Below, one piece after another: positions 37,901 through 52,900 of a stretch of DNA of 64,000 nucleotides (within the stretch, counting starts at the first letter, position 1; each line of letters opens with the position of its first letter). The notes under the pieces were generated by a model. That model was not told the origin of the DNA and searched no databases. It worked only from the letters and a program-made list of their open reading frames with translations. Position numbers and translations under genes: made by a program. This DNA comes from Octopus sinensis (Eukaryota), in the NCBI RefSeq assembly GCF_006345805.1, contig NC_042998.1, forward strand, positions 183,954,001 to 184,018,000, written 5' to 3'.

Positions 37901-40900
37901 CAGTCATTTTCTCTCTCATTTTTTCTAGATTTAGTTTCAAAAAATGTTTTATTAAATACTAGCAGTATCGCCCAGCGTTGCTCGGGTTTGTAAGGGAAAT
38001 AACTATATAAGCATTTTTAGAGAGTTACTTCCCTTATATGATAGCAAAAAAATGCATTAAAAACGGGAAAAAATGATGGCAATTTTTTTTTTAGATCGTA
38101 GACTCATCGTAGACACGCGCTAATACCCAGAAGGGCTTGATATGAATCACGACTATAAGATACCCGCTTTTGGTTAAACTGCACCGCAAAATGTGGGAGT
38201 AGTTAGGAATCTAAATCGTAGGAGACAGACACACAACTTCACTTTTATATATAAAGATATTTCTACTATAAATTTCTTATTTGTATTACAGGTCATGCTT
38301 CATATGGAAATAACTATTTTCCTTATCAACAAACCTCATATTGGCAACAGCAACAGCAAATACGACCACTTCCACCAAGTACTTCACAGCAGTCACAGCC
38401 TCCTACCCCTTTGGCTCAGAATCAACAGAAACAGACCATACTGCCATTTTCATTACCTGATACATCCAAACCACCACCTGCAGCTTTTCTTCCTGCTACA
38501 GGTGGATTTGGTCTTCCTCAGCAACCATATCCAATAATCCCACAACAGACCTGGAATACTTCTGTCACAACAACTACTGTCTCAACTTCTACTAGTTTTA
38601 ATCCCATGTATCCTCCCCACATACTGCCACCAAGCGTACCTTTAGCTGCTGGTGCCCCTCTACCGCTTATGAATTTTACATCAGTGCCACCCCCAACTTC
38701 AAGTAGTAAGGCTAGTGTTACAAGTAGCACTACAAGTTTGACTAATTCTAGTATCAAGGAAACAGGTCGTGGTTTACTGGCTACTCCTAATTTGTCACAG
38801 GCAATTGCTCCTATAACATTACCTCCCATGAATGTTCCCCCTCCGGTACCACCTGCTCCTCTACAACCACCAGGTATAGCAGCCCCTGCTTTACATCCAC
38901 CCGTCCTTCCTCCACTAAACATGCCACCTCCACCTATCACAGATCCATTAACTCGACCACTTCCCAGCCTTCCACCTCATGGACACGGTCCTTCTAAACC
39001 CCCTTTGGATAATGTTCCTATGAAAGTTTCTGTAAAAACTCCACTTCTTCCTGATCCCATTATTTCAAAACTTGTTAACAAACCTTACAATAACCCTGTA
39101 TTACAACCTCCTGTTGGACTACCAGTAATGCAGTCTTCTATGCCACCTAATGTCCCTGTTCCCCCATTAGTTTCACAACCAGCACTGCCTCCTTTAACTA
39201 AACCATCTTTGCCTGCAATTCCACCAAAACCCCTTTTGCCACAACCAGCTCCTCCTCCATGCGTCACTGATATCCTTCCACCACCAACATCTTCATCATC
39301 ATCGTCATCGTCATTACCATCTGTACCAAATCATGAAGATCATCAAAGTTCTAAAATTCCAGAGATAAATAGGGAAGACATCAATCAAAGAATAAGCGAG
39401 CCTCCAGAATCTCTAAAACTTGCCGTTGAAGAAAAAAGCTGGTCTGCTCCGAAACTAGAAGACATTCCTTTGCCTCATTTACCATTTACAGTCACTACAC
39501 CTGAAAAAAACAAATCTGCTGACCCATTAGTTAAAGAGAAAGACACTAAAGTTTCTGAACAAACAGTTGAAATAAGTGAAGAAAAACCAGCTGCAGAAAA
39601 TTCTTCAACTGCCAAGAATAACAGTAAAGATGTGCCTTCCGATGGTTTTGTGGAACAAACATCTGCTAGTACTCAACCTTCTGCTGATGTTGAAGCAGCT
39701 CCAGAGGAAAAATCTCGGACATACAAGTTCTCATGGAGTAAGGGCAGCATGGAAGGCGAACTGTCTGATTTTACAATCAGCTCTGTGCACACCAGTGATT
39801 TGTCTTCTTTTGATGAGGGAGATGGTAACATTTCTCTTTCAGATGTAAACAGTAGTCCACGTCATGACAGTGATACTAATCCTGGTAAGATTTTTTTTCT
39901 TAACAACTACTGTATCATCATCATCGTTATTTAATGTCCGTTTTTCATGCTGGCATGGGTTGGATGATTTGACTGGAGCTGGTATGGCCAGGGATTGCAA
40001 CTAGGCTCCATTGTCTGTTTTGGCAAGGTTTCTCTGGCTGGATGCCCTTCCTAATGCCAACCACTCCACAGAGTGTTTTTAATGTTGCACCAGTATCAAT
40101 TCTGCTGTGGCAGATGGATCTTCTTGAGTACAGCAATGCACCAGATATCTCAGTCCTTAGTCATCTCCGTTGTGTGGGTGTGTGTGTGTGTGTGCGTGTG
40201 TGTGCGTGCGTGTGTGTGTGTGTGTATATGTATGTATGTATATATTTGTTTGTTCACTTTTAGGTCAGTTTTTCCATGTGAGTGTTGGCTAGAAAGTATC
40301 ATTTCTAATTTTATTAATATACAGCTATCACCTCTTAGTTTATTTACACATTGGTTCAAAAGGTCTACAAATTTCCAACAGGAAATGAAATGAAATACTA
40401 CATAACTCTTTACATTTTTTTGTTTGTATGTCCAGCACTTGAGAATCAATCTCTGTGTCTCTCCTAAAAGGAATGAAAAGTTGTTTAGATTTAAAAATGA
40501 GAAGAGTTAAATAGTATTTCATTTTATGAAAATTTGAAGACCTTTTATACCCATACTTGATCTTCCTAAGCTCTATTATTAATCAGTTTGCTTCCCACCC
40601 ATATGCTTTTGGGTTCACTCCCACCATGTTGTACCTTAGGTAAGTGTCTTCTATAGTCCCTGGCTAACTAAACTCTGGTCAGAAACCAAAAACCAGAAAC
40701 TGAAAGAAGCCCATCGTCTATGTGTGTGTATGTGGTGATTGTGCGTGTGTGTATATGTATGTGTTATTATCTCCTTACCTTGACTTTGCATGTAGTAAAT
40801 GAATGTCATCAACATGCAAACAGTCTCCTTTGTTTTTGATCATCTGTAGAAACATGTCTGGGGAAATATTACCATACTTGGAAACAGTTGAGAGTTGGTG

Positions 40901-43900
40901 ATAGGAAGTGCATTCAGCTGTAGAAAATTTGCCTCAACAAATTCCATCTGATCCATGAGAGTGTAGAAAAGTAGATGTTAAAACATTTCAGCTATATTTA
41001 TAGTAAAAATTGTTGGCAATTAATTCATAATATAAATATATATATTTTTTTGTAGACTTGGAAGATGTTGCTGAAAAAGTTGTTGAAAAAACAGAGCCAA
41101 GTCCATGCAAAGAGACAAAGAAAGCTAAAATTCCTCCCAGACCTCGTAAACTGATTTCTTTATCGTACAATTATTCTGACAGTGATGATGATGAAACACG
41201 AGAGGAACGTAAAGAACGAATTGTAAGTATTTGGTTTTAAAAGGTTTAGTTTTTGCTGGATGTATTCTACTTTACAGATTACTTAAAGAATAGTCATGTT
41301 AAATTTCCCCCCATCGTAGTAAGTTCTTGTGCTGTGTTAGTGCTGCCATATAAATACAGTTGTTCAATCAAATTTGGTTACAACTGATCATATTTTACTG
41401 TTTACCTTTGTAATGAAAGTAGACTTTTTTGTTTTGGGAGTGAATTTGTGTCGGTTTTTGTTGCTTGTTCTACCAATCTTCTGTTTTGAAATTGAATTCA
41501 TCATCATCATCATCATTTAGCGTCCGCTTTCCATGCTAGCATGGGTTGGACGGTTCAACTGGGGTCTGTGAAGCCAGAAGGCTGCATCAGGCCCAGTCTG
41601 ATCTGGCAGTGTTTCTACGGCTGGATGCCCTTCCTAACGCCAACCACTCCGTGAGTGTAGTGGGTGCTTTTTACGTGCCACCCGCACAAGTGCCAGACGG
41701 AGCTGGCAAACGGCCACGAACGGATGGTGCTTTTACGTGCCACCGGCACGGGGGCCAGGCGCGGTTGGCAACGGCCACGAACGGATGGTGCTTTTACGTG
41801 CCACCGGCACGGGGGCCAGGCGAGGCTGGCAACGGACACGAACGGATGGTGCTTTTACGTGCCACCGGCAATATATTTTTCCTTCCTTCTTAAGATGGAA
41901 CATTTGTTTGTTATTGTTAGCTGATCAACAACTTTATTTAGCCTCTCTTATGATGCCGCCAGAAATTAGTGCTGAAGAGTTGCAACTGTTGCATTCTGAC
42001 TGAATCTGTAGTAGAGGGTTTGTGAAATGTGATAAAACCCAAACTATCATAGATTAGCTGAACACTTCAAAGAGGTCAAATTTCCCCTGTGAGGAACAGA
42101 AGTCTGATGTCCTTTGGAAATAAAATGTGACTGCAGTTTTCTAAGCTTGACAACACCAGTCTTAAATTGCACACAGTCACTTTGCATATTGTTATAGCAT
42201 ACTCTAAACTTAACTGTGAAATCAATTGTTGATTTTATTCAGTTCTGAAATAATATTTTTAATTATCAAAAACTTGTCAGTGAATTAAAACTAGAACAAA
42301 CTATATTAACTGTTTCAACAATGTTTGACTCTATTTATATCAGCAATTTTGTTGAAACTTCTAAGAGAGCATCTTAACCACAAATTCACAGATTTTATGG
42401 TCGGGATTTCCTAATTTAAAAATATTCAGTTTTCATTTGTCAACAATTATGTAAGTAATATTGGTTGTAAATTTGTTAGCGCTTTTATTATTGTATTTAT
42501 TGATTACTAGCAGTATCGCCCGGCATTGCTCAGGTTTGTAAGGGAAATAACTATATAAGCATTTTTAGAGATGTAAAGTATAATAACCATCTCAATATGG
42601 CTAACCACAAAGGGGGAGGTGTTACTGTAGCTTTTTACATTCTGAGATTTAATAATAAATTTTTAGAGAGTTACTTCCCTTATATATGCCAAAAATGCAT
42701 TAAAAATGGGAAAAATTGATGGTAAATTTTTTTTTAAATCGTAGACTCATCGTAGACGTGTGCTAATACCCAGAAGGGCTCGATATAAATCACGACTATA
42801 AGATACCCGGTTTTGGTTAAACTGCACCGCAAAATGTGGGAGTAGTTAGGAATCTAAATCGTAGGAGACAGACAGCACACAACCTCTCTTTTATATATAA
42901 AGATATATGACTGACGCAATCTGCTGTTTTCTCTTTGTTGAAGGCTAAAGAAAAGGAAGAGCGTTATCTTCGTCGGCAGCAAAGACGAGCTGGTTTGGAA
43001 GCCAAAAGAAAAGACCGAGAAGAAGAGAAACAACGTCTGTGCACAAAGACAAATGTTGATTCTGATGAACGGAAAGAAGATTCAGGTTAGTTGAAAAATT
43101 AGTCTTATTTCTTTATTGCCCACAAGGGGCTAAACATAGAGGGGGACAAACAAGGACAGACAAGGGATTAAGTCGATTACATCGACCCTAGTGTCCAACT
43201 GGTAATTAATTTATCGACCCCAAAAAGATGAAAGGCAAAGTTGACCTCGGCGGAATTTGAAATCAGATCATAGTGGCAGATGACATACCACTAAGCATTT
43301 TGCCCGGCGTGCTAACGTTTCTGCTAGCTTGCCGCCTTAGTTGAAAAATTATTCTAACAGTCATTCAATAATTGTTTCAATATTATGGGAGAAGTCATTG
43401 GATTCTGTTTTTAATGTCTTACAATTTTATCCCCTCTCCTAGAAAGAACCTAGAAACCTAGAAAGAGCTTACTTCTGGAACTTACCAACACACTTGTCAC
43501 TTCATCAGCATTCCTAAATTAAAGTAGTTGATGTACTGGACTACTGATTCACTGATTATAAGATCAAATTCTGTTATGTACCACCTGACAAAACAATCTA
43601 TAAGTATCAGGTAGTCTTGTGGTTGAGTGATGAAGTATCCTCTTCAAGGAAAAATTTCAGTAAGTTGTAAGTGTAGTGATAATAAGTATATAAAATGTAA
43701 CATGTTTAACATGCTAACTAATGCATGCTCTGTTTAATTGAAGCCATGTGTCTCTTTCTAGGTGCAATCCAATGGTCATTCATGAATGAAGGGGGTTTTT
43801 ATCCTTTACAGCATATAAGATACCAACACGTGTTTCTGTTCTGCAAGTGCTTTAGCATCCATAAATGTGATCATACAACTAATCAATTCATATTAAATTG

Positions 43901-46900
43901 ACTTATTATGAATCTGTTTGTTGTACAGAACCATCACATGATATATTATATATATATGTGTGCTTGAGGAGACTTATTGAGTCAACCACATCATCATCAA
44001 AATAAATATCAAATGCAAATTGTAGTTGTGATACCTGTGCCGGTGGCACATAAAAAGCACCAACCGATTGTGGCTACTGCCAGCCTCCCCTGGCCCCGTG
44101 CTGGTGGCACGTAAAAAGCACCCACTACACTCCTGGAGTGGTTGGCATTAGGAAGGGCATCCAGCTGTAGAAACACTGCCAGATCAGACTGGAGCCTGGT
44201 GCAACCTCCTGGCTTCCCAAACCCCGGTCGAACCGTCCAACCCGTGCTAGCACGGAAAACGCACGTTAATCGATGATGATGATGATGATGTGTGTATGTG
44301 TAGGCTGGTGTCTCCTTGACTTGATGTCAAGTGATTGTTGTAAAGAAGTCTCACTGTCATACAGGCAGTGTCCTTCATTTCCTATCTTCCATGAAAACAT
44401 GTCTAGTAATGGGAAAACATCACCAGGTGAGGATTGGTAATAGGAAAGGCATCTGGTTGTAGAGTGTCTGTCTCAACAGATTCTGTCCAACCCACATAAG
44501 TATAGAAGAGGATGTTGAAATAAGGATGATGGTGGTGGTGATGGCATGCTTTAATATTGTCGTATCATTAATTTGGTGTAAATGTTTGGGGTCAAATGTT
44601 CCATAAGTTTTAAGGTAGCCTGCAATAATAGGATTTTTCTCTTTCAAAGAAACTTGATTTTGTTTTTACTTTATCAAACCACCTTTCTCTTTGAATATCG
44701 TTGACTTAGTAAATAATTCTATAATTGCAGCACTACCCCCATCAAAAGTTGAGCCTAGTATTACTGTTATATCTGAGGACAAGGAGAAAAAGGAAGCTGT
44801 TGTTGTACCCCGTAAGAAGTCAAAGGAAGAAATGAAAGAACAGCTACGTAGCCAGAAGGTAATGGAAAAGCGCCTTGCTCTTCGGCGGCGGCGCACCCGA
44901 AATAGACGCTACACTTCTGAGGAATTTACCTCCATATTTACTGAAAAAGGCCAGTCATTTTCTAATTTAAGTTATCAAGATAATGATGAAAGCTCTCCAG
45001 ATCAGCTGCCTGGTGAGAATGTAACCCAGTTTGAGTCAACTGAGAATGAAACTGGGACCTCACAAGCAGTTGAAGTGGATGATTGTTTTCCAGAGTCACC
45101 CCCTACTCCCACACAAGATGAACATGACCCTGATATCTATGATACACCTGCATCTGAAGTACTTGTCTCTGAACTGACTAAAATACCAATTTATGAAATG
45201 GGTGGGACAACTGCCTATTCTGCTGCCCTTGGCCTGGGACCACTAGATGAGAGTGTCCCCTCAAAACAACAGACTTCATCAAATGCTAACAGCAAGAGCA
45301 CTAACCCTGAATCTTCTTTTTCCGGAACTCGATGTACTAGTCCTTACAGTGATATTTCAGAATCTTCTAAAGAAGATTTAATTGATGAAATACCTAAAGA
45401 AAAGAAACCTATTTTAAAGAAAAAGGAAGAAAAAATAGCAAAGATTGAGAAACCATCTCAGAAGATTCCTTTGTTGGATACTTACAGTAGTAAAAGAAAA
45501 CCTAGCAGCCATAGTCATTATAATCTGGGACCTGCAGCACGGTAAGTTGGTTTAATTGGTTTGTTTATTTTGTGATTTGTGTCAAGTGACTATTGTTGAT
45601 TTTTGATATTCACACTGAAGATTAGAATAGTTTTATCGACCACATCAGTTACATGATTTTAGCTCATAGGCCTAGCGTATTGTAATTTAACATTAACACT
45701 TGATCCTTGGGTGCCATTAGTTAGAGTGAGTTCACTGTCCTTTCTCTTCTGACTAATTACAGAGAAAAAACAACCCCCAAAGATTACTTAATCTTAAAAA
45801 TGGCAAGGTTACATTATATAATATAGTCAAAGGTATTCTCCACTCCATAAAAGGATGGGATGGTTACACTTGGAATGCTTTTAATTATAGATTAGCAAAA
45901 GCTAACCCTATGATCAAAGCTATTCTATTATCTTCTCTTCTCTTGTCTTGCGACAGCATTCACGCGGGTTGGGTTGAGCTGGCTTCATTCATCCTCAATG
46001 CTGTATCTCTTACAAACGCCGACCAGACCTGGCGATTTGAGGCTAACGACCACGTGATCTCCAACCACTCCTTATTCCAGCAGCGAATGCCATAGATATG
46101 GGTGCCTAGGTTGGGTTCCAGATCAGCCTTGACTGTCATCAGCCAGGTTTTTCGTTGTCCACCACATCGCTTTCGCCAACCATGAAGGGGAGCTGGGGCA
46201 ATTGCTTCATAGATGAATTCTCCTGGTTGACAACAGAGGGCATGACCCAGCCGACGCAGACGTCTCGTTAGGATGATTTGTTGGAGGGAGGTGATTTTGC
46301 ACTGGTGTCGCACCGAATTGTTGGAGACAAAGTGATGCCATCGGACACCAAGGATGCGGCGTAGACAGGTGATCGAAGGATTCTAGTCACTTAATATCTT
46401 CCATCCTCATCGGCCATGACTCGCTGCCATAAAGGAGAATCGTTCGCAAATCTATTATCACCCTTTTGTAGCTCCAAAATCTAGCTGCTTACAAGCCATC
46501 ACTGTTTTCACATATCAGACCATCCACAAGGAGGAGGCATGCTAGGTTTAACTTGTACACTTTGTTTCTTTTGTATATTGCAGTTGGTTTTTGGCATTGT
46601 ATATTGTCACTGATTCTTGGCATTGTATATTGCCATTGGTTCTTAGCATTCAGATTTCTCTGTCCAATGTTAATGCTTGTTTATTCACATTGTTTTGATG
46701 TAATCATGCATTATCTTGTGGCTTTGTTGATATGATTGTATATTTTTAGAATGGCATTGTAGGGTAGGTGTGAGAAGTTGGGTATGGCTGATTTGAACAT
46801 AAAACAGGTAGAATATTTGGGCCAGATATGGCTGGTTTAAATGCATAAGGATTAACTAACTTTCACTTTATCTTCCTTGTAAGTTAATATGCTTACTCAA

Positions 46901-49900
46901 CAGATTATATTCAACTAATTTTTCTCCACTTATTACAGAACCTCTACACTTTGTGTGTATGAGTTGGTAGTATTGAGTCTGGTGAAGTGGAGAAAGAGTT
47001 TAGATGAATTTTACCGTGTGCATAAAGTTGGGTACAGTATAAGTAACAAATGGAAAGCTCTTTTTTTCTACTGGGGTACTTCTTATAGAGTCATTATTAT
47101 CGAAAAGTAGTGGGTAAGATATTACTACAAAGAGGATCTTTTTTTTTCAAAGGATCAAAATTATTGGCTGTTGTTTGAAAGTAGGAGAGAGCTTATAAGA
47201 TATGTGCTGTATGAAGGCATCTTTTGTTATGAGTGATAACTTTTAAGTGGGTAAGAGCCATCCAATTTGTATAAGTAAGTGATTTCTTTTACCAAGTATT
47301 GTAAACTGTGTTCTTACTCTGAACCACTGTAGTACAGCTACAAGGGAATCATTTGGAAGATTTGGGGTTATATGTCTTGTTTGTTTGTCTACGAAGTGGA
47401 AAGACATGTGTAGTCATCTGCTTAGCCATGTCTTTTAGGTCAGAGTAAGGTACATGCACTGTCAAAGATAGTGTAGAGCTGGTTGAACTCAGATCAACCA
47501 GCTTACTTGAAGTGATAGAGATGCATTGTATATATGAAGATATGTGGTCAGTACTCAGATAAGTTAGTGGTTGGATGATCTGGGCAAAAGGTTGTAGGTG
47601 ACAAAAATCAAGAATTAACTTTTGTGTCTTCTCAAAAAAATTTATTATTAAAATATCCCTTCTTTTAGTAGACACAGTTTAATAATTTATTTTCGATTTA
47701 ATTTTTTATGTACTTCTTTCAGGCCACCTCCTCTCTTACCTAAACTGTCAGCAGCTGATAATCGCAGCCGTTCTGGTCAGCGCTACAACATAGAGGATTT
47801 ATACAAACCTCGTATCAGTCATCGCCGAACCTTGTCACCAACAGATTCTGGGTAATTTTTTTTATTAATTTACTAGTATACAAGTTGTTTTTAACTTTGA
47901 TTTTTACCAAGATATTCATAAAACTGGGAGTCTTACTATGGGTTTTGCATGTAAAATAAGTCCAGTTGCATTGAATGTGTGATAGTTTAATTGTTTATGA
48001 CAATATAAACTTATTATATGGGCTCAAAATCTCTGGTTTTTGGAGCTTATTAGTGACTATGTTTACATCTGGCAATCAAAATCATGACAAGATCTTATCA
48101 GGATCTTACTTATTGATGGTGTTTGCTATCTGTGATAAAGAGGCATTGTATTTTCCTCACTTAAATCCTATTTAGACATGATGGTTAGTTCTAGAATGGA
48201 CAACAGGAAATTACAAAGAAAATTTTTTAAACTGTCCTAAGAACATCTGTTAGTTTTAGAATCCCTAAATATAATCTAATATTTGCTAGCATTAATAACA
48301 CAACATTTTAAATAAGGTTTCTTACAAGTATGACATCAGTTATGAGATGGGAGTTCAATTGTTTGAATTAAAAAATCTTGCAGTTGTTCCATCATCATCA
48401 TCTTCATTCAATGTTTGTTTTCTCTGCTGGCATGGGTTGGATAATTTGACAGGAGCTGGCAAGCCAGAAGACTACACCTAGTTCAACTGTTTGCTTTGGT
48501 ATGTTTTCTATGGCTGGATGCCTTTCCTAATGCCGAACACTTTACAGAGTAGACTGGGTGTTTTTTTTGGATACTACACATTTGCTTATTTCAAATAGCA
48601 TTGATAGTTTGATAGCTCTAGTTATCAAATTTTATCTCCTTAGATATTTTTATTTGTTTTATAGAACAGAGCAGCTGGAATAATTACATACTGCATTAAT
48701 TGGGGTGTAAGCTTTGAAAGGGAAGTTTCAGAAAATTTCACTTGATGCTATTGATTACCAAAAGTTGATTGTTTACTAGGAGGCAATGAAGACATTCATG
48801 AATTCATGCTTCTTAGTACTATATCAGTAGGTAAACCAGTCATAAATGCTTATTTGGAAGTTAAATACATTTATGGATTTCAATAATGTTGCTTGCATAT
48901 TTGATGTGGTTTCATGTGTTATTTCGGATGTGCAGATATAAAATGACAATTTACTATAAAACTATTAAAAGCGGGAATATATATGAACTGTGAGGAAAGA
49001 AAAAGTCTAAGTTTTGAAGTTGTTCTAATGAAGAGCATTGCCCTAAGCAATTAATTCTTTATGACAATATTAATTTTTCTTTTTATGCAGGCACAGTGTC
49101 AGATTTGTAGGGTTCACTAATATGTTTACAACTGGTAAATCAAAACCATGACAGGATCACATCAGCATACCATTTTCTAACTATTATCATACTGACCACC
49201 ATTAACCTCTTCAAATTTTCTTCCATTACTTTTATTCTATTTACCTATGCTATTAATGTTTACTCCCAAACTGAAATTATTTTCTCTATCTCATCAACTC
49301 TAACTAACACTACTAATTAAACTGTCCTAATAATATGTAAATCTATGTTTCTCCTAACCAACTTAGTTTTTTAACTGAGAGCTTTTCATTCAACAAAGCA
49401 AAAAAGTTAATACTGATCATTTTAAAATTGCTTTCCATAGTTTTTATTTTGTTTTCTACATTTTTGTTACTTCTCAAAGAAGGTTTGTATTTCTTTAGTG
49501 ATACATCTCTAAACTATATATTTATTTGGAAAATCAGTGCCTTCCTTTTGGTTTGAAATTCTTGGAGGAAGGAAATTATTTGATAAATGGTCAATTTTCC
49601 TTCATAAGGTCTTATGGAATGTTTGTGTTCAGATGTGCATAGTCTGGATTTGAAGAACAAGTTGTTCATTTAGTTCTTTCATTGTTAAGGAGTTGAGTGA
49701 TCTTTATTTAGTTGTCTTTAATGTTTTAATACTAGTAGTTCTGTATTACCAGTTATTTGTAATCTTAGGGTAGGAGTAATATCTACAACTTGCTATTGAT
49801 TTTATTGCTAGTTCTGCCTTTCGACGGGCACTGTCTGAATAAGCTAAGCATGAAACACTCCTACAGAACACTTACATGTTTAGTTACTTCTGTTATGGTA

Positions 49901-52900
49901 GACTTCATGTATTTCCAGAAGGTACCCGGACACTGACCGGCATTACAATGCTCAGCGTTACAGCGGTGATACCAGTTACAAAAATCGCACCACACTTAGC
50001 AGTCTAGGCAGTTCTGCCAAGCGACGTCACACAACTCCACCTTCCTCGTCTCCTTTGGAGAATAGAAATTGTATTGTAATGCCCATGCCTCGAGCAAGTT
50101 CACATCACGAAAAAACCAAAATGAGAGACAACTCTTTTAGCAGCAGCCATATTTCACAAGAAGAGCAGCAGACTGTAGAAGCAGAGAAGAAAAAATATGA
50201 AGCAGAATTACTAGCAGCCGAGAACAAACTCCAAAAACAAAAGTCTACATTGGAATCCATGGAAACAAAACAGAGGTGAGCTGTTGGGTGTAGTCAGTGT
50301 ATGTATGCTTTACTGTAACATGTCTACTATTTGAAGCTTGTTTCAGTTGTTTCGGTTGGTTGAAGTCGATTCAACATAAGGTCTTTGAGTTTGGCCCTTT
50401 CACTCAAAGGCTCGTCTCACACAGAGCTGTTGGAGAAATTTGCATGAATTTGCAACAGTCGATTTCTAAAACCAACATTGTTGCCCCTGTCTAGTGTTTG
50501 TCTAAGTGTTTGTTGTGTGTCTAAGTCTGCATGTAATAATAATTAATAGAATTGTTTCTGTATCCAAAATGATTGAAATAGTTTATCTCTTGGTCACTGT
50601 TTCATTAAATAGGTAAAGAATATCAGCGAAGAGAGTTCTTAGAACAGTTATTTATAATTTCTTAGCTTCAATCTGTTTTCATTGTCTGTTAGATAGTTTC
50701 ACTGGCTGTAGTATCGTGCAAGTGTTTCAATCTATTCTTTAATATGGTTATTTTAAGGATTAATATATGGTTTTACCGTAGGGGCAGAGCTTAGCTTCTT
50801 CTAATGAGAAATTTTATTGCTGGATTTCTTTTCAATTAATTATTCAACTGCTCAAACATTGAGAATATTGTCACCAAATAGATTGCATCAGATACAGTAT
50901 CCTGCACATGCTTTCTAGAGCATAAAACACACATGTACATACCTATGGACTTTCTTGACTACACTTGAGAAAAAAAATGTCTGTCTGATAGACAATCCTA
51001 CACTCACTAACATTTCTTAACCACCTGCCCACTGAATCCTCATAATCCTCCTTCTGTTACTATTGCAGTGGTTTCTACTCTTCTGAATTAGTACAGCCTC
51101 TCCCGCTCACTCATCTCTTCCCCTGCCATTATCTTCCCAAACTGCAGATTAAACATTTTCCAGTCCTCCCTCACAACTCACCTTCCAATTCCCAACCTCT
51201 AATATATTCAAAAAGAATATTAACTTTATTGCCCTTGTATACTTATCCCCTGGCCTAAGAGAACCTAAAAGATTTGCATAAACTCTCTCCTTTTAACAAA
51301 AATATGTAAAAACATCAGCTTAACAGTAATTGTTACTCCAGTCATTTAAACCATAATTTTTGAAATTTGCTTTTTTTTTTTTTAATTTTAACAGCAACTA
51401 AATCAGAAATTGAAAATTTGAATTAGACCTCCATGAGAAATTATTTTCATATTAGACATAATTTTATATATTTACCTCTGATTTTGCATCTTTATTGTAA
51501 GTTGATTTGTTCTGCAAATTTTCACCTTTGTATGAACTATTTTTCACGGCAGTTAAACCATTTTGAAAAGCAATAGTGTTTTGTTCCTCCTTTTAGATAA
51601 AATTCTTATTACTTGGTTTCTATGAAATGCTTTCTCAGTTGCATTCAGAGATTTTATAAAACAACTTCAACTAGCAATGCCGTACATATTGAAATTGTGC
51701 TTAGTGATTATGTGACACAACAACTCTAAAATAACTGACCATATAGTGTTGAGTATGATGCTAGTACTTTGTCATTTTTGTTTGTAAAATAGTTATGCTT
51801 TCCTATTAGAAGTAGATATTACTCAAAATAAAACTGATACCAAGAGAGAGTATTTTTAACAATGACAAATATATTTCATCTTCTCAAAGTGCTATAATTC
51901 AAACTAAATATAATTGTTATTTTACCAATTACAGTTTTTGGATGAAACAACATTATGAATGTCTTAAATTTTTTTTTATATACTAACAATATTAAAGCCA
52001 TTCATCCTCATCACTATACCAGCTCCTTTGACTGTCTAAGCTGTCTTATATTTTCACACGCCTGTTCACAGCAGTATACATACTACTCACATTTCATGGT
52101 TGAGTGCTTAATGTTTAGGAAATCCAGCTTGAAAACTCATCTTTCAATAATTCATGCAAATACCAAAATTACTTCTGACTATTTTGATTAATTATTGGAT
52201 AATACAAAACTCATTAGTTATGATATGAAGGCACAGCTTTAATTCTTGAAAAACTGTATGTAAAAATTCAGCTGTAGACATTGTATTGTGCTTTTAGGGC
52301 AGGCAGGCACATAGATCTGTATTTAAATCTTAAAGTAAGTATAGAAACACCTGCTTTAAGATTTAATGCAGATGTATCAATTTTCAGGGAAGCACAGGGA
52401 AAAGCAGATGTAAACAATAATTTAAAAAGATAGGCCATCCAATTTATTATTTAATTTCAGTAAAGGTTTAATGACCATGACATAAAGTACAGGATTTAGT
52501 AATGTGATTTACACAATCAGTCCATCCGGTCTATGCTAGCTTGGGAAATACATTTGTGGAGAAATGGAACAAAATTGTTTCAACATGAAAAACCTGTAAT
52601 GAGTAAAATGTTGTTTTTTTCACCTTAAATCCAATTTTTGTTCACTACTATATTGTTCTAAAATGTTTGTTTTTATTTTAGAGTGCAACAAGCTTTAAAT
52701 CCAGTGAAAGACCGGTACCACTATGATAAAAGGAACATAACGTACCCCACAACTACTGCTGTGGAACCTCGCACTAAATCACCACAAAGGTCTTTTTCTG
52801 ATACTCACTACATTTCTCCGGCTGCTGAAAAGGAAGTGCGGCGCAGTGTTCCAGTTCGTGAGATGATACCTGGTCGCATGAGAGAACCTTTTGCCCGAAG

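Noticed and set aside
38518-38940. Gly-rich 140-aa minus-strand ORF
   Set aside because: It is antisense to the Pro-rich BOD1L1 exon 4.
49091-49134. Possible extra 44-nt BOD1L1 exon (ttatgcag...actg|gtaaat)
   Set aside because: It would break the reading frame between exons 8 and 9, and it resembles a local old duplication near 48060.
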